DNA from: Lama guanicoe
Lineage: Eukaryota
DNA: 64,000 nucleotides
Direction of reading: 5' to 3'
Assembly: GCA_013239625.1 (NCBI GenBank)
Contig: MU054212.1
Location: 2,480,001 to 2,544,000, forward strand
The notes under the pieces are model-generated. The model was not told the DNA's origin and did not search any database. It saw only the letters and a program-made list of their open reading frames with translations. The position numbers and the translations under genes were made by a program. Positions within the stretch are counted from its first letter, which is position 1, and every line of letters starts with the position of its first letter. Below are positions 63,086 to 64,000 of the stretch, piece after piece.

Positions 63086-63519
63086 GACTTCTGTATTTCC
63101 TTAATGCTACTTTCCCAGGGATAAATTTACTAGGTCAAAGGGCAAGCACACTGACTATATTCTTTAGCTATCATATTCAGTGATAACAAATTATGGTTAA
63201 CAATCCAACTTCTCAACCTTGAAGTGGCCCCAAGAATAGATTAGGCATCATGTAGCTATTATCCGAGTGGTTTCTACAGTCTTCAGACTCTTCTTCAGTG
63301 AGCCAGAATGTGGTATTTGGGATGTCAATCAGCTAAATGGGAATCCCTTGCCACGATTTCCTTAAGACCCAGAATTTGAACCTCCAACTCTGATAAAGAG
63401 ACACATGTCCCGGGTCCCACATCTGCTAGTAATGTGGGAAGTTTCCTGTCCTTGGGCATCCTCACTCTCTGGTCTGATGAGGTCCACTCTGAAGCAGTGA
63501 AGTGGTTTCTCACTTTCTT

Positions 63520-63640
63520 TCACGCATTCACTCAAACACATTTATTTAGAGTTTATTAGATAATGAAGCAGGTAGTGGGAGGCAGCAAGAAAATGGTTCC
63601 CACCTTAAGGATCCTCTAATCGTCTAGAGGAGAGGAATAA
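63520..63640 (-). mobile_element. L2 3' terminus
   Basis: cattcactcaaacacatttatt..tggttccc.ccttaagga. Confidence 0.6.
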
Positions 63641-63794
63641 ATGCCTAGCCACGCAGATTCTGGCAGCAATCTCCAGACTTTCTATTAAAATATATCCTGA
63701 AACACACTTTGTTTACAGTCACCCAGCTCCTACTTTGATCGTAATTTCATTTCTCTTGGCTTCGACAGTAGTGAAAAAGTGATTTAGAACAAAA

Positions 63795-63971
63795 ATAATT
63801 TTTATATGGACTGCATGGTGAAATGATAATCTTTTGGCTATATTGAGTAAAATAAAATAAATTATTAAACTTAATTTCACTTGTCTCTTTTTATTTTTTA
63901 ATGTTATTATCAGTAAAATTTAATGCCTGGCTCACATTTGCAGCTCACATCATATTTCTATTGGACAGTGT
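63795..63971. mobile_element. MER33-like hAT-Charlie element, 3' part
   Basis: tgaaatgataat.ttttgg.tatattg..ttaatttcac.tgt..atatttctattggacag. Confidence 0.85.
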
Positions 63972-64000
63972 TACCCTAAATTCTTTCAAAGTCTGGATGA

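Overview
Eutherian mammal DNA, intronic or intergenic, heavily littered with interspersed repeats. It is probably camelid, inferred from the young L1 3' UTRs, a cetartiodactyl-type older L1 end, and no recognisable Alu, BovB/Bov-A2, PRE1, Can-SINE or ERE. I cannot support any host protein-coding exon or structural RNA gene. The only ORFs with recognisable protein similarity are retroelement relics: the L1 ORF2 C-terminus (16705-17820, minus) and a CR1/L3 reverse transcriptase fragment (about 7027-7258, minus). The repeats are MIR, L2, L3/CR1, old L1M, MaLR/ERVL LTRs, hAT MERs and microsatellites, plus a 59-N gap. The clearest oddities are an L1-in-L1 insertion making an in-frame chimeric ORF2 with a duplicated C-terminal domain, a probable endonuclease-independent L1 insertion, and a 21-bp tandem array bracketed by a perfect 40-bp repeat. 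Repeat-poor islands (about 12.7-13.8, 19.2-20.4, 26.8-27.4 and 28.4-32.7 kb) carry promoter, enhancer and splice signals, including a candidate minus-strand TATA promoter with non-coding exons and a possible recursive splice site. I found no convincing novel biological system. Repeat subfamily names come from remembered consensus sequences and most boundaries are approximate.
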